From assembly GCA_028534125.1 (NCBI GenBank), contig CM052816.1, positions 29,886,001-29,950,000 on the forward strand: a DNA stretch of 64,000 bases, given 5' to 3'. The stretch's first letter is position 1; every line of letters starts with the position of its first letter. The position numbers and the translations under genes were made by a program. The notes beneath the pieces were generated by a model. The model was not told the origin of the DNA. It did not search any database and worked only from the letters and a program-made list of their open reading frames with translations. Below are positions 11,046 to 22,786 of the stretch, in pieces. The stretch is from Lama glama (lineage: Eukaryota).

Positions 11046-12883
11046 AAGTCTTACTTAAGGTAACAGACATGAGGGTCAGCAGTTAGGACTTGGGAGAGTC
11101 CATTTCTGTGGAAGTGAATTCTCCAAGAGTAGGGTTGCTGTAAGAAGGAAGAACTGTAAGTTTTTGCTACCTAGGTTTAAATATGGCAGCAGTTAATTGT
11201 GGAAAGTGAAGGGCACTGTCTGAAGCAGCGCTTGACCCATAGAGAGGAAGCTGGGGAAAAGTTGGGAGGAACAGAAGCTGCACCCAGCACCGCTGAAAGG
11301 ACTTCAGCTCTCCTACACACTGGTCAGGGACACACAAAATTGAGCATGAAAACAGGAAGAGTGGTTTTGAAGCTCAGGCAGTCCAAGCCACCCACGACCG
11401 CTTTGAAAAACTTCCAGCATTCACCTCAGGAAATGACCCTTCCCATTGCTTGTGCACATTCTGGCTGGCAGCCCAGAAGCAAGGGATCAAGGAAGATGAT
11501 TATAAAACTCAGAATTTGCTTAAGTAAGGCCAGATGAGTTTGCGGGTTCGGTGGGTTTGGTGGAGGTGAGGGGGGTGGAGGTGATGGGGAGGGGTGGGAA
11601 GGAGAGTTGTCATGATGGTGATGGTTTTTGTTCTTAAGAATAGTGCTTAGAAAGTATTACACAAAATTTTTAAGAATTTGTTTTAACCAACTGAAAAAAT
11701 TGTAAAATGTTTTAACTTTGTTCAATTTATGACTTGATTTGGGGTAGGCATGATGGAAATGTTAAATCTCTGGGTGTCGGGGGCTCCAGTGGCTGTCTGA
11801 GTCACAGAAAATTAACTTTGGATAAACTTTATGCACCACCCAGTCCAATGAACATACTTTGCAGTTGGGGAAATTGTCTTAGGGAAGTTTAATTTCCCCA
11901 AACTTTGCCATGACTTTATAGAACAACCAAGACTAGCATCTGAGCTATTCGTCTTGGCATCTGGTGCTGCCCATGTTCTAAAAGGCCTAAAACAATGGTG
12001 CTGTAACACTGCATTCCAGGCTGAGACATGGACTCCAAGCAGAGAGCCACAGAGATTGCTCTCTTGCTGAATTTACATGAATTTGATGACAAGGTCCCCA
12101 AGTCCCTGTGGGTCTCAAGGTGGTACTTTAGGTAATAGCATTTCTTTGGATACGTTTTTAAAAAGTATTAATTGAGACCACTTTCCCCAAAGTTAAGTAG
12201 GAAATAATTTATCAATGAGTCGAACAGGTTACCTGGAATAGTGACATCTTATCAAAGGAGACAGCATTTCTGCCAAACCTAATTAGCTGACCTTGAGCCC
12301 TGAGTGTCTTGGCTGAAAGTGATAACTAGAAGCACTTCTGTGAGCTTGTCAGGAGCTCACTGGGGTGTTGGTTTGTGCAGATGCCTACATCTGTCAGTAA
12401 ATGTGTCTTAAATCATAGCTGTGGGTTTGGCCGGGCAGCCCTAACAACCCTGGCTTTCACGTGGGGTCAGGATATAGGCTCTGTGCAAACGGGAAGCACC
12501 CTCATTCTGGCCTCATTCAGTGGACTCACGAATCCCTTCCTTTCAGGAATCTGACCAAACAACCAAACTGCAGGTTTCCTTGAAGTGAGATTCCAGCCAA
12601 TTCATAATAGCTTCTGGTACTTTTTACTCCGCTCTAAGAATTTTGGTTTTAGTGCCTGTGAACTGCAAGACGGTTGTTATGGGCGAGTAGCATAGGAAGA
12701 GGGAGCTTGGGGCTGGCATAGAAAGGGATGGTGAAGGTTGTATTAAAGTCAACTGAAGGCTTTCGGCAGTGACGCCTCAGGAGAGATGGTGAGCTGAGGG
12801 ACAGTGGAGGAGGACAAGGAAGAGGCAGTGGAGTGGTGTGGGGGCCGAGATTGGGAGGGGAGTGAGTAGAAAGAGACAGTAAT

Positions 12884-13257
12884 TGTAGTAACTAGAGTCC
12901 TGTTCTCTGTGCATTTCTAGCTCTCCTTGCCTGTCCAAATGGACAGTTACACACCCCCGTTCCTGATGTTAGTCATGGCTGGTGGCTTCCTTGGCTACTA
13001 TACCCCGAGTGGAGGTGGTGTGTGCCACTTCCAGGCAGACACATAAAGAATACAGCTCTCCATGTTTCCTGCTTTCTGCTGTCATCTCAGAAGTGCCTGA
13101 TGAGATGAAGCCCTGTCAGCTTGATCCTTGAGTGGTAGTAACGAGCAGAGTCCCCCTGCCAACTTGCACTGGGCATGTGTGAGCCAGGAAATAAACCTTT
13201 GTTAAGGCCCTGAGATTTTGCTCCCATAGCATAAGCTAATGTATCCCATCTAACACA
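12884..13257 (+). mobile_element. MaLR LTR (MLT1I/J-like)
   Basis: 'gtgtgccacttccaggcaga...gagcagagtccccctgccaac...gaaataaacctttgttaaggccctgagattt...ctaacaca', with TG...CA ends. Confidence 0.8.
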
Positions 13258-14670
13258 GCAATTAGGACCTTGAAGGAGGGAACTGGTATAACAAAACTAT
13301 CGAATAGGTGGCATTGGCCTCACTGCTGAGTGAGGGGCTGGAAAGACCATGATCTATATTATGAAGAGGGCAGACATTTGGTAAAAGTGTTGCTTGCAGT
13401 AACCTTGAAGGCAGATCACTTACTTAATAAATTTGTAAGAGATTGGAGAACAGAATCTTAGTGTGTGTTGGTTGCTATTGACTGTGCTTAGCAAGCTCAG
13501 AAAAACACTGGCCAGTGCAAGCAGGAGTGAAAGCGAAGAGGGGGAGTCCAGAAACCTGGGGACTTGTGGGCTTGGAAGGGACAAATGTTTTCAAGCCTAA
13601 CTGGTAAAAGACAACACTGGGCAAAGGCTGATTAAAATTCATCCTCATGATAAATAGCAAATCATGAGTATGGTTGGCATCAGCTGCTAAAACATTTGGA
13701 TGGATTAAAGCATCTTGGAATAAGTTCCAACTAATGAGATGGTACCCAAAAAGTCCTCTCAGTGGGACAAAATGGCTCAAGGAAAAGAAACTAAATGTGT
13801 GGCTATGGCTCTGTAGTCTGATGGACCTACAGTCCCTGCAATTAAAATGAAAGAGAGACAGAGGGAGACAGAGAGGCAGAGAGAGAGAAGGAAAGGGAGG
13901 CGTGGGGGTGAGACAGCAAAGAAATCACAGCAGGTCTAAGAAGCCTGTCAGAAAGAGAACCACGGGCATGGCTGTTGGTACAAGGCGCGAGCAGGCCTCA
14001 AATAGTAAAAGTTAAGTTTTCAGGAGGCCCTTGAATCCTTTCCATCCAAGAATCTGACCAAGCAACCAAACCAAACTGCATGTTTTAACCTCTGGTACTT
14101 TTTACTCGATGCTGAGACTATTGGTTGTAGTGTCTGTGAGTTGCAGGACTATTGTTACCAGGGAGTAGCATAAGAAGAGGGAGCTTGCAGTTGTATTAGT
14201 AAAAGAACCGCTAGCCTAAATGTTTGTTTGTTTGTTTTAAAAACCTGATTATTGAAGACCTAAAATGACTTTTGGGTAGAAGTGGACAGAGAACGCTGCT
14301 CCACCCTCATTGAAGGCAAGTTCCTCAGTACCTATACTATTGATCTCCAAGGATGATACTGGAAAAGGAAAAAGCTACCAGGGGGTGAGAGCCAACAGCC
14401 ACGGAGAACAGTGGCTGGAGATCTCCTCCCACAGAGCGTACCTGGGGCCTATGTGTGGGGTATCCTCCACCTGTGCCCGCCCAAAGATATTTCTGAATCT
14501 TTGCAGACCAGTGACTGCTACAGGTCTTCCACTCTTCCATTCATTTCATCTTTGTCTTTTGGTGGGTGTCGGGCCTACAACTTAACATCTTTTTGGCTCC
14601 TAGGTTTCTAGATCAAGAGGAGTTACGGCTACATCTTTTACAGGAACCCTCATGTATTGCTCAGAAATTC
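13258..14670 (+). mobile_element. MaLR internal region (MLT1-int), interrupted at ~14027-14187
   Basis: Directly follows the LTR. 'ataggtggcattggcct...ggctggaaaga...catttggtaaaagtgttgcttgcagtaaccttgaaggcaga' is typical of MLT1-int. Confidence 0.7.
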
Positions 14671-14689
14671 TAGCCATGCTTAAGCATGG

Positions 14690-14850
14690 AGAAAATATCA
14701 TAAACTAAGTGAAAGACCTAAGACCAACTAAGGAAAAATGATTGCAACACATGACAGAAAAGGGCTAAGTCACTGTAATATCAGGAACGCTGATAAATCA
14801 GTAAAGGGAAATCCAACAGAATACTAAGATGTGCAAAGGATATGAACAGG
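14690..14850 (+). mobile_element. Old L1 (L1M) fragment
   Basis: 'ggaaaaatgattgcaacacatgacagaaaagggctaa...atgtgcaaaggatatgaacagg' is degenerate ORF2 3' region. Confidence 0.6.
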
Positions 14851-14851
14851 G

Positions 14852-15175
14852 TGTTAGTCCGGGTCCTCCAAGAAGTAGATGCCAAGATGGGATGAAATGC
14901 ACAAGAGGAGATGCGGGAGGCGCTAGGAGAGGCCGAGACAGTTCTCAGACCAAAAGGTGAGTCTGGTGCTAAGTGCAGAAGAAAAGACAGGAAGTTTGAG
15001 AAGAAGTGTCCTAAACCACCACGCAGTCTAAGGAAACTTCTGCAAGGTTGCTGGGGAGGCCTACACCCAAAGTCACCATCCGAGAAGGCCCCAGAATGGG
15101 CCAGTTGGAGTGCCCCTGCCATCCTCAGCTGCTGGCTGGGAGCCTTGGTCAGCTGCAGGCCCTGTAGTTGGAGGT
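14852..15175 (-). mobile_element. ERVL LTR (LTR16-like) nested in old L1
   Basis: 'tgttagtccgggtcctccaagaagtagatgccaagatggga...ctcagctgctggctgggagc' matches my recall of the LTR16 family. Confidence 0.65.
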
Positions 15176-15269
15176 CTGCAAGACACATTTTTCTGGTCAC
15201 CACTGTTAACTTAAAGATGTTCAACATGGGACGAGATGAGCAACCTCCCTCACAATAGATGGATTTCAA

Positions 15270-16030
15270 GATGGCACAATGACAAGAAATTTTTTTTCAT
15301 CCCTCATATGGTAAAACATTAAACTGTTTGATAATTCACTATGTTGACAGAGATGGTTCTCCCCATCCTTCAGTTATGAGAATGGAAGCTGGTTTAACCT
15401 TCCTAGAGATAATTACCTACATCTCTCAGAGTCATAAATGTGTGTGCCTCTGCCCCAGAAAGCAGCTCTATTTTTCTAATGTGTATCAGACACAGTCACA
15501 CCCGGCCAGAGTAGTACATTCCAGGATATTTATTTAAGCAATGACTGTAATAGCAAAAGATTGGAGGCAACATAAATGCCCATCAATAAGGGACCAATTA
15601 TGTAAAGTATGTCTATCCATAAAATTAAATGTATGCCTTTAAAACAATGAGACATGTAATGATAAGGCACAGTATCCAAGATATAAGTTTAAGTTAAAAA
15701 AGAAGATGCAAAACAATGGTAAAATATGCTAACATCTGTATTTTAAAAAGGGAAGGAGTCCCATACATACGTGTCATTTGTATCTCTGGAAGATCGCATA
15801 AGAAACCAATGACAGTGGCTGCCCCTGGGGACATACCCAGTGGAGGGATATTTGGGGACAGGCGTAGGAAGGAGACTTGACTTTTCAGTGTTTCTTTTAG
15901 CATTTTCATGTTTCATATGTTTCAGTGTTTCCTTTAGCATTATCTGTATGTTTAGCATATCTATATGTTTATGAGTGCATGTGAATAATAAAAAATTAAC
16001 AATTAAAAGATAAATTATACAGTAAAAAAA
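15270..16030 (+). mobile_element. Old L1 (L1ME-like) 3' end
   Basis: 'taatagcaaaagattggaggcaacataaatgcccatcaataaggga...taagaaaccaatgacagtggctgcccctgggga' followed by an A-rich end. Confidence 0.75.
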
Positions 16031-16599
16031 AATTTCTTTCCCTTCCGCCACCACAGCTACTATGCGCCAAATTCATTTCTTGCCATCCTGCTATATGGTC
16101 CTGTAGAACCGTCCTTGGCTGGCATTAGTACACATTATTAAATTGAAAAGGAAAAGATCTGAAATGTTATTTCAGCTACACTGGAGTCTTGTGCTAGGAC
16201 AATTTTTTTGCTGTATTAGGAAGACTTGCCTTTTACCAGACTCTGCTCTGTAATGAACAGTGCTGCAACAGTCCAGGGAGTAACCAGAGTATAGGGTTAC
16301 AAATCAAGCTTTGGGACATGATTTTAAGCTTCCATTTATCATGTTGCAAAAGATATTTTTGAAAACAAAAACCCACTCTACATTTTTCTATAAAGTCACA
16401 CATTAGTATGAAGCAGGGGAAGCTATTAATGAAGAACACAATGTGACATACTTCCACTGCTTTCAAGGAGACTCAGAATAAAAGACTATAGTCTTTAAAA
16501 AGGGATGGCCATTTTTTGCATCCATGACTTTGAACATATATTCTAGTCTCCCATCTGCATCTTTGCAATATGGTATTCCAGCATCACAAACTATCTGTT

Positions 16600-16668
16600 T
16601 TTTCCCTCTCATTTTATAGATGAGAAAAAAACTGGGCCCAGAGAAATGGAATTTCCCCAAAGTCAAAA
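16600..16668 (-). mobile_element. MIR core fragment
   Basis: 'ctcattttatagatgagaaaaaaactgggcccagaga...cccaaagtca'. Confidence 0.6.
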
Positions 16669-19419
16669 TTTCCTACTTTGATCATCAGAACACTTCCAGT
16701 TAGCATGACCCCATCTTTACAAATGCAGTGCCCACTTCTGACCACACTGCCCAGAGGCTCAGGAAATCCTTAGGTGGGCTTCCTATGTGTACTTTCTTTC
16801 CTACCATGTGCTTCAGCCTCCCCAGAAAGACTGCCTGTTGATACACGTTTGCTGGTGAGCTGGAGAGCAAGGTTGGCATGAAGAAATGACACTGTTCATT
16901 CTTCTCCATTTCAAAATTTATCTTGAGCCTTCTCTTCTCACAATTACCATATGGGTATTGATTTTAATTAGTTCTGTCTATTAAGAGTCCCCCTGGGTTC
17001 AGAAGCCAGCCTTGTAATTAACTGATACGCTTTCCTCTTGCGGGAAGTATTGTTAGGTGAGTTACTGCCACTCCAGGCCACCAAATGCGATCAGTGTTTC
17101 TCTACGGATCTGACCTTCAGAGGCCACACTCAGATGGAGCTCCCATCTCAGGTGGTTTTCCCTATCTTGCTACAGACACGAGCACAGGAAAAGGAGGCTC
17201 TCAGATCGTATGACTATCCATTACAGCAGATACATTTGTCCCAGACCCTCCAAATGGTGTGCATACTGTTGGCCAGTATTTTGTGATGTCCAGATGGATG
17301 TTTTGAAGCTTGCCTGATACCAAAACTGGTGATGGCATGATGTCAAACTGTGTTCCTTTGTATTTCCTGGTACCTTTGTTGGGTGAAATAGGGCTTGAAA
17401 CAAAGTTTACGGTCAGTATTTTCTTTTGCTTGCATTTCATCCTGAATTCTGGGAAAGGTAAAGAATGCTTCTCGGTCATTTACTGGATATATGAAATCCC
17501 GTCTCCCAGGAGATGAATGTGATGTTTAGAGTTTCAGAATAAAATTTTGGAGACTCCACTCTCAAGTGTATATTTTGTATATTTAAAGATTTTACTGACT
17601 AAGTTTGTGTTTGAGTTTGTAGTTACCGTGTAACAGGTGTTTGGGGAGATGAGGGTAACGCCGGGCTTTGTTTGTAAATAATCAGTTAATAACTGGGCAA
17701 GAGCCGTGAGACAACAGTGCTTTTAGATTAAATCAAAATCCCTGCCATTTCCTGGGTCCTGTTATTGAGTGCAATCCATTATTTTTAATGAAACAGCTGA
17801 AGAGTTTAATGTACCCTTTGTGATGTTCAGAAGCTCTGGGTTTACTGATGAGACCACAGAATTCTCTGCGTTTGCTTGAACAAATAGCGAAGATGGAGAG
17901 TGTCCAGGGCCATCTGTTCCTTGTGTGCCAAGTGCCCTTCCGCTACGACTGCCCTTCCCTCCTACAGTGTCCCGTCTGCCTCACAGACTCTCTCTTGGGG
18001 ACTTTGAAACCTCTGCAGTCAGAGCTTATTTCCTCAGGTTGGTAGCCAGACTGTCAGTCAATGCTGAGAATTTAGTTGCCTTGTGATTTGGGGTTCTTGC
18101 CTGGGGAGTCTGGGAGAGTTTGACTTGAATGGGAGCTGAACTCACATCTTGAGGGCCAAAGCTGGAAAAACCGGGTCAGAGAACTCATGGGAGTCTTTAT
18201 AAAAAAAATTTATAGAATCAGATGACTGTCTTCTCTCATTTGCTCCTGGGTCATATTTTTAAGCAACAGTCACATGGCAGGCTGAAATGAAGCACTCTGT
18301 GCCTCCTGTCTTATGTTTAGCAAAAAACCACTGAACAAGAAAAACATAGGGATGCACTGAAGCATAAAACAGATTGACAACATTGTCATGAACTCCTAAG
18401 AATAAATGATAGATTATTGACCCATTGTTGGTATAGTTAAACAGTTCACTCCATCATTAGTTATTGAATGCATAGTATTTGCATAACAACATATGAGATA
18501 TATAAGGTAAGTGACGGGTTTCCTGCCCTCAAGGAGAATATACCTAGAAGTGATTTAGTCTAACCAAAGACAGTGCTGACTGCGAAGCCAGTGAACTGAA
18601 GTGGGAACAGTGGCAGCGCCTGTGAGCAGCTGTCACACAAACGAGCCAGAGGAGAGGGTATTCATGTACTCAGCTCAGAAAAGACTTGGGTCACATGTAA
18701 CTACGTGTAGGAACACGACTCACAGCTGGATTTTAAGGGCAATTATGCAGCTATGACAACACTAAGCAAGATCTGATTTCCCTTTAGACTCGAGCCCTGC
18801 AAAATAGGAATGCGTTCTCTATCGCCTTTCGCAGCAATGCTTAATGATGTGTCTGTGCAACAACAGAACAATCCTTTAAGGGAGAAAGTGAGTGACAGTC
18901 ATTGACAAAATTTGCTGGGAATTAATTTTCTGCAGTTCCCCAGTGAGCACATGCATTTTATATTTCAAACTCATTGTTGCAGGTGAAAGAAATGTAGGAT
19001 CAAATGGGGCTATGTTCAATACATGTTAAACATAATACATTATACTTCCAGGGGAAAAAATGTTCATATTTGTTCCAGGGAAGGTTATATAGAGACTGAA
19101 GTTTCTGGTAATGAAACATTAAATGTCTGAGTACTAACCCACCTTGAGATTGTTTAATAGTGTTACATTCTTCACCCTGATTGCTTCAGGTGTCTGATGT
19201 ATGGTTATTTCCAGTGTTCCTCTTCTAGAAGATGGTGCTCCTGGGAAGAATAAACAGGACTTTTTTTTTTTTAAAGCAGTTATTGTAAAGTTACTCACAG
19301 TTCATCCTCTGAAAGGACTGCTTTAGAGGAATAAACAGGATGCTAGATAGGGTCGAAATGCAAGTTTGGTATTACTAAATTACCCCCAAATAAGAAAGTA
19401 AGTAGATAAAAGCATACTT

Positions 19420-19548
19420 CTGGAAACAGACTTCAGGATTGGCTTTGAATCTTGGCTCAGACATGACTAGCTGTGTGATCCTGGCCAAGTTACTTAACCT
19501 CTCTGTGACTTAAAGAGTCTACCTCATAAAGTTGTTGTGAGTTAAATG
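19420..19548 (+). mobile_element. MIR SINE
   Basis: 'tttgaatcttggctc...actagctgtgtgatcctggccaagttacttaacctctctgtg...ctacctcataaagttgttgtgag'. Confidence 0.85.
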
Positions 19549-20936
19549 TCAGTGGTAACTCAAGTTGTATATCCAGTACATGTTTAACATGTGTTGGAAA
19601 TAGCCCCAAGTATGCCTGTCTTAGAGCAGGTGTTCAAAAAGTGCTTGTGGTTGTGACTGTCATTATTTCAGACCCGGGTCATTTGCTGATGTACAGACCA
19701 CCAAATGTCATGTCTATCAGTGGCTACTCAACTTTGTACCCCTGAAACATTTTTTAGTGGCCATGGAATGATTACGGTTCCTTACATGAAGGCCTAGGCT
19801 TATTCCCAAGGCCTCTGCTTCTTTTCTCTGCTACACATTGGATAAATTTCCCTTTATTTACTTTGTATATATTTTATTCCCTATTTCCAAGAAGGATTCA
19901 AAGTGTTGATTAGAGGTCTAAGTCTTCCAGCAGCTTTGGCATTTCCTGCGGGGGTCGTCTCACAGATATGTACAGAGACCTCATTGTTCTCTGTTACCAC
20001 TTGGCTGCACAAATGTGACACAATCATGTTCTTGTTGGAGGCAAATCTGTGGGTTTGCTGAGTATGGAATTTCTGTTGAAAAATCTAATACAGGGTCTAC
20101 AGGATCATCTTTGGCTCCACGTAGAGAGTAACTGAACTGATGTCAAAGTGAGAGCTACCTCCCATCCCACCAGGACTGTCAATATTTCCCTAGCACCTGC
20201 TATGTGCAAGGGAGAAAAATACTCATTTACCTTCAGAATATTTATTTCCAAATCAGAAAGCATTACATGCCAAATGTTCTCCATGTCAGGCACCAGAATA
20301 GATCCAATGGGAACTTTCTGAGTGCTATACTGGAAAACAAAACAAAACAAAACAAAATTTAAAACAATGGATTTCTCTCAGTTTCACCTACTAAGAAAAT
20401 ATCCAACTGTGTCAGAGCACCCAGACTGGGCAGCCTAAGCAAAGGGAAAAGAACATGGTGCCCAGGCTGCATTCTTTTGTATGGAGACAAACAATAGGCC
20501 TGTCCTCCACCCTTTTCCCTGTGCTTTGTGGTTTCTGTCAGCTTTACCCTCACTGGGAGGAAACTGGGGGTTCAGACTCTGCTCACCATTCCCTGTGTCT
20601 CCACCTCAGTTCTTGGGGAATCCAGTGTTTTCAGACTCCTTCTTCTCCAACCAATCTAAACCTTATTAGGCTGTATCCTTCTCCTGTCTTCATTCTCTGA
20701 TAGTCACCAGAGAAATAAGCAGTGTTACTCACACTGGCTACCTCAAGGTCACTTTAATTCCAGGATAGGCATGTATACATACATTTGTATGAGTCAGGAG
20801 AGGTAGGGATCAATATGCATTTAGGAAAGAATGTAACTCTTATGCTGCTTCTAATAAGTCTAGGCACCTTAGCTATTAGGGGTGTGTGTGGTGGTGGTTG
20901 CTGCTCTGAATAAGCTAGGACAGTAGATGTTGACTG

Positions 20937-20972
20937 GATATATATATGTGTGTGTGTGTGTGTGCACGCGCA
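20937..20972. repeat. (TA)n(TG)n microsatellite
   Basis: gatatatatatgtgtgtgtgtgtgtgtgcacgcgca. Confidence 0.9.
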
Positions 20973-22113
20973 CATACATACCATTTTTTAAATGATAAAA
21001 CACAGCTTATCCATTATTTTACTGATGGGCCAATTTGATTGTTTCCAGTAAGAAGTATTTAAAGAGATGTGCAGATGAAATAAAAGTATATAAACAAGCA
21101 TGGGTTAGAACAAATCATCGCCAGAATATGGAAACAGGAAGGAAATGGAGAACTGTATCTTTTTTTTAAGCTTTCTAAATTATTGCATTGTGTAGGTGTT
21201 AGTTATCTTGACAAAGGAAAATAAATGTACACCAGCAGTGTGTGGGGACATGTTCCGAATCTCAGTGCTTACCCTCTTTGGAAGCCACGAAGTCCTGGCT
21301 CCTGGGGATGTTCTGTACCATCTCTTCCTCCTGGTCAAGATGAGATTTTATCGTCATCTGAGTCTCTCAGGTTCAGCCTCTTGACCGTCAAATTCTATGA
21401 GGCCCAGTGTCAAGGATCTTCTAGCTTTCACTTCTTTGGCAAGGAATTCAAGGGAAGTGTCATCCTGTGTGATTTAAAACCAGAACTGTCCTAGGGAATC
21501 CAGGTCACAGAAAGCAGGATGTGTTGGAGAGTACTGTACTGGATTACCGCCAGCCACCGCAGTTGGGGTGGGGAGGAGGGGTCCCAGGCCTGTGCCTTCT
21601 CCGCGTTGGGTCCTCTCCTGGCAGTGCTTCACTCACTGTGCGCTGACCGCTCCACGTGGCGTGGTCTTCTGGTGCCAGCAGCCTCTTCGCTCACTCGCTC
21701 ATTCTGCTCTAATAGTCGGCTTGTGGTACGGATATTACTTTGTACAGGTACATTATCTCTTGTTGTTTAGAGCTAACAGAGCTACTCATTTCGTTGCAAA
21801 CCATGTTTAGTCTTGTGATTAAACGGAGAGGGACAGAATGCAAACAGGAAGCAACAAAAATGTATGTGAGCAGGATTGAGGGAGAAATAAAGGGAAGAGT
21901 GCTGGACTAGGAATCCCAAGGTGTGGGTTTGAGTTCTGCTGTCCAGGTTCCCATCTGCTGAGGCTGGTCCAGGCATATCTGACGCTCTGTTCACCGCTTG
22001 GTTCATTCTGTGAAATCCCCATGTCTTTGCTCTATTCTTTTGTCAGGCCATGTGATTTCTGTCTTCTTTCGATTCCTTATAATTTTTCCAAGCCAGGGGG
22101 CAGGTTCAAATCC

Positions 22114-22156
22114 ACCTACCTACCTACCTACCTTCCTTCCTTCCTTCCTTCCTTCT
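22114..22156. repeat. (CCTA)n(CCTT)n compound tetranucleotide repeat
   Basis: acctacctacctacctaccttccttccttccttccttccttc. Confidence 0.9.
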
Positions 22157-22209
22157 TTTTGTTCTTATTATTCTTTCTCAAGGCTCCCAAACAGGGATGA
22201 GGAAGTGAA

Positions 22210-22390
22210 TCAGCATTTATTGAGGGTCTTCTGTTTGCCAGGAATTTGACTTATGTCACTGAATCCTCGAAACAATGCTGAGCAATGGGACTGATTATTT
22301 TCATATTTTTATTGTTTTACTTTAAGAAGGAGGAAACTGAACATCAGAGGTGAGAAATACCTGGGCCAAAATCATATGGTTAATATTGGC
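22210..22390 (-). mobile_element. MIR SINE (degenerate)
   Basis: 'catttattgagggtcttctgtttgccagg...gaatcctcgaaacaat...gaggaaactgaacatcagagg'. Confidence 0.65.
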
Positions 22391-22627
22391 AAACCTACAT
22401 TTGTCTACGTCTAAAAGTCTGTGATTTTCTGTTTGCAGAGCACCACCCCCTGGAGAGTGAACCATTGCTTTGAAGAGTGGACCATGTTCCAGCTTCGAGG
22501 AGTAGGCTCTTGGTGCCTCACACAGGGCTTTCTGCCTTCACTATTCCTAACTCCACATTAAGGCACAGTCCCAGCTTTCTTTTCAGCTTCTCCAGAGTAA
22601 GTGTGAGCTCACTTCATCTCTAGAGAT

Positions 22628-22786
22628 TAGGATTCTTAAACTTTTACAGTTCACGGAGGTAGAAAATCTGATGAAAGTTTTCCTCGTGAATTTAAACACA
22701 CACCCACACTTCACACTTTTGCATAATAATTACAGGGGATTCAGAGGCCCCCCTGAGGCCTAACTCTGGATCCTTGTTAAAAGCTA
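22628..22786 (-). mobile_element. MER103C-like hAT MITE
   Basis: 'ttcttaaactttt...aaaatctgatgaaagtt...cttttgcataataattacaggggattcagaggcccc...gttaaaa'. Confidence 0.65.

Noticed and set aside
14781..15269. 162-aa minus-strand ORF and overlapping 115-aa plus-strand ORF
   Set aside because: They lie over LTR16-like and L1 sequence, with no recognisable domain.
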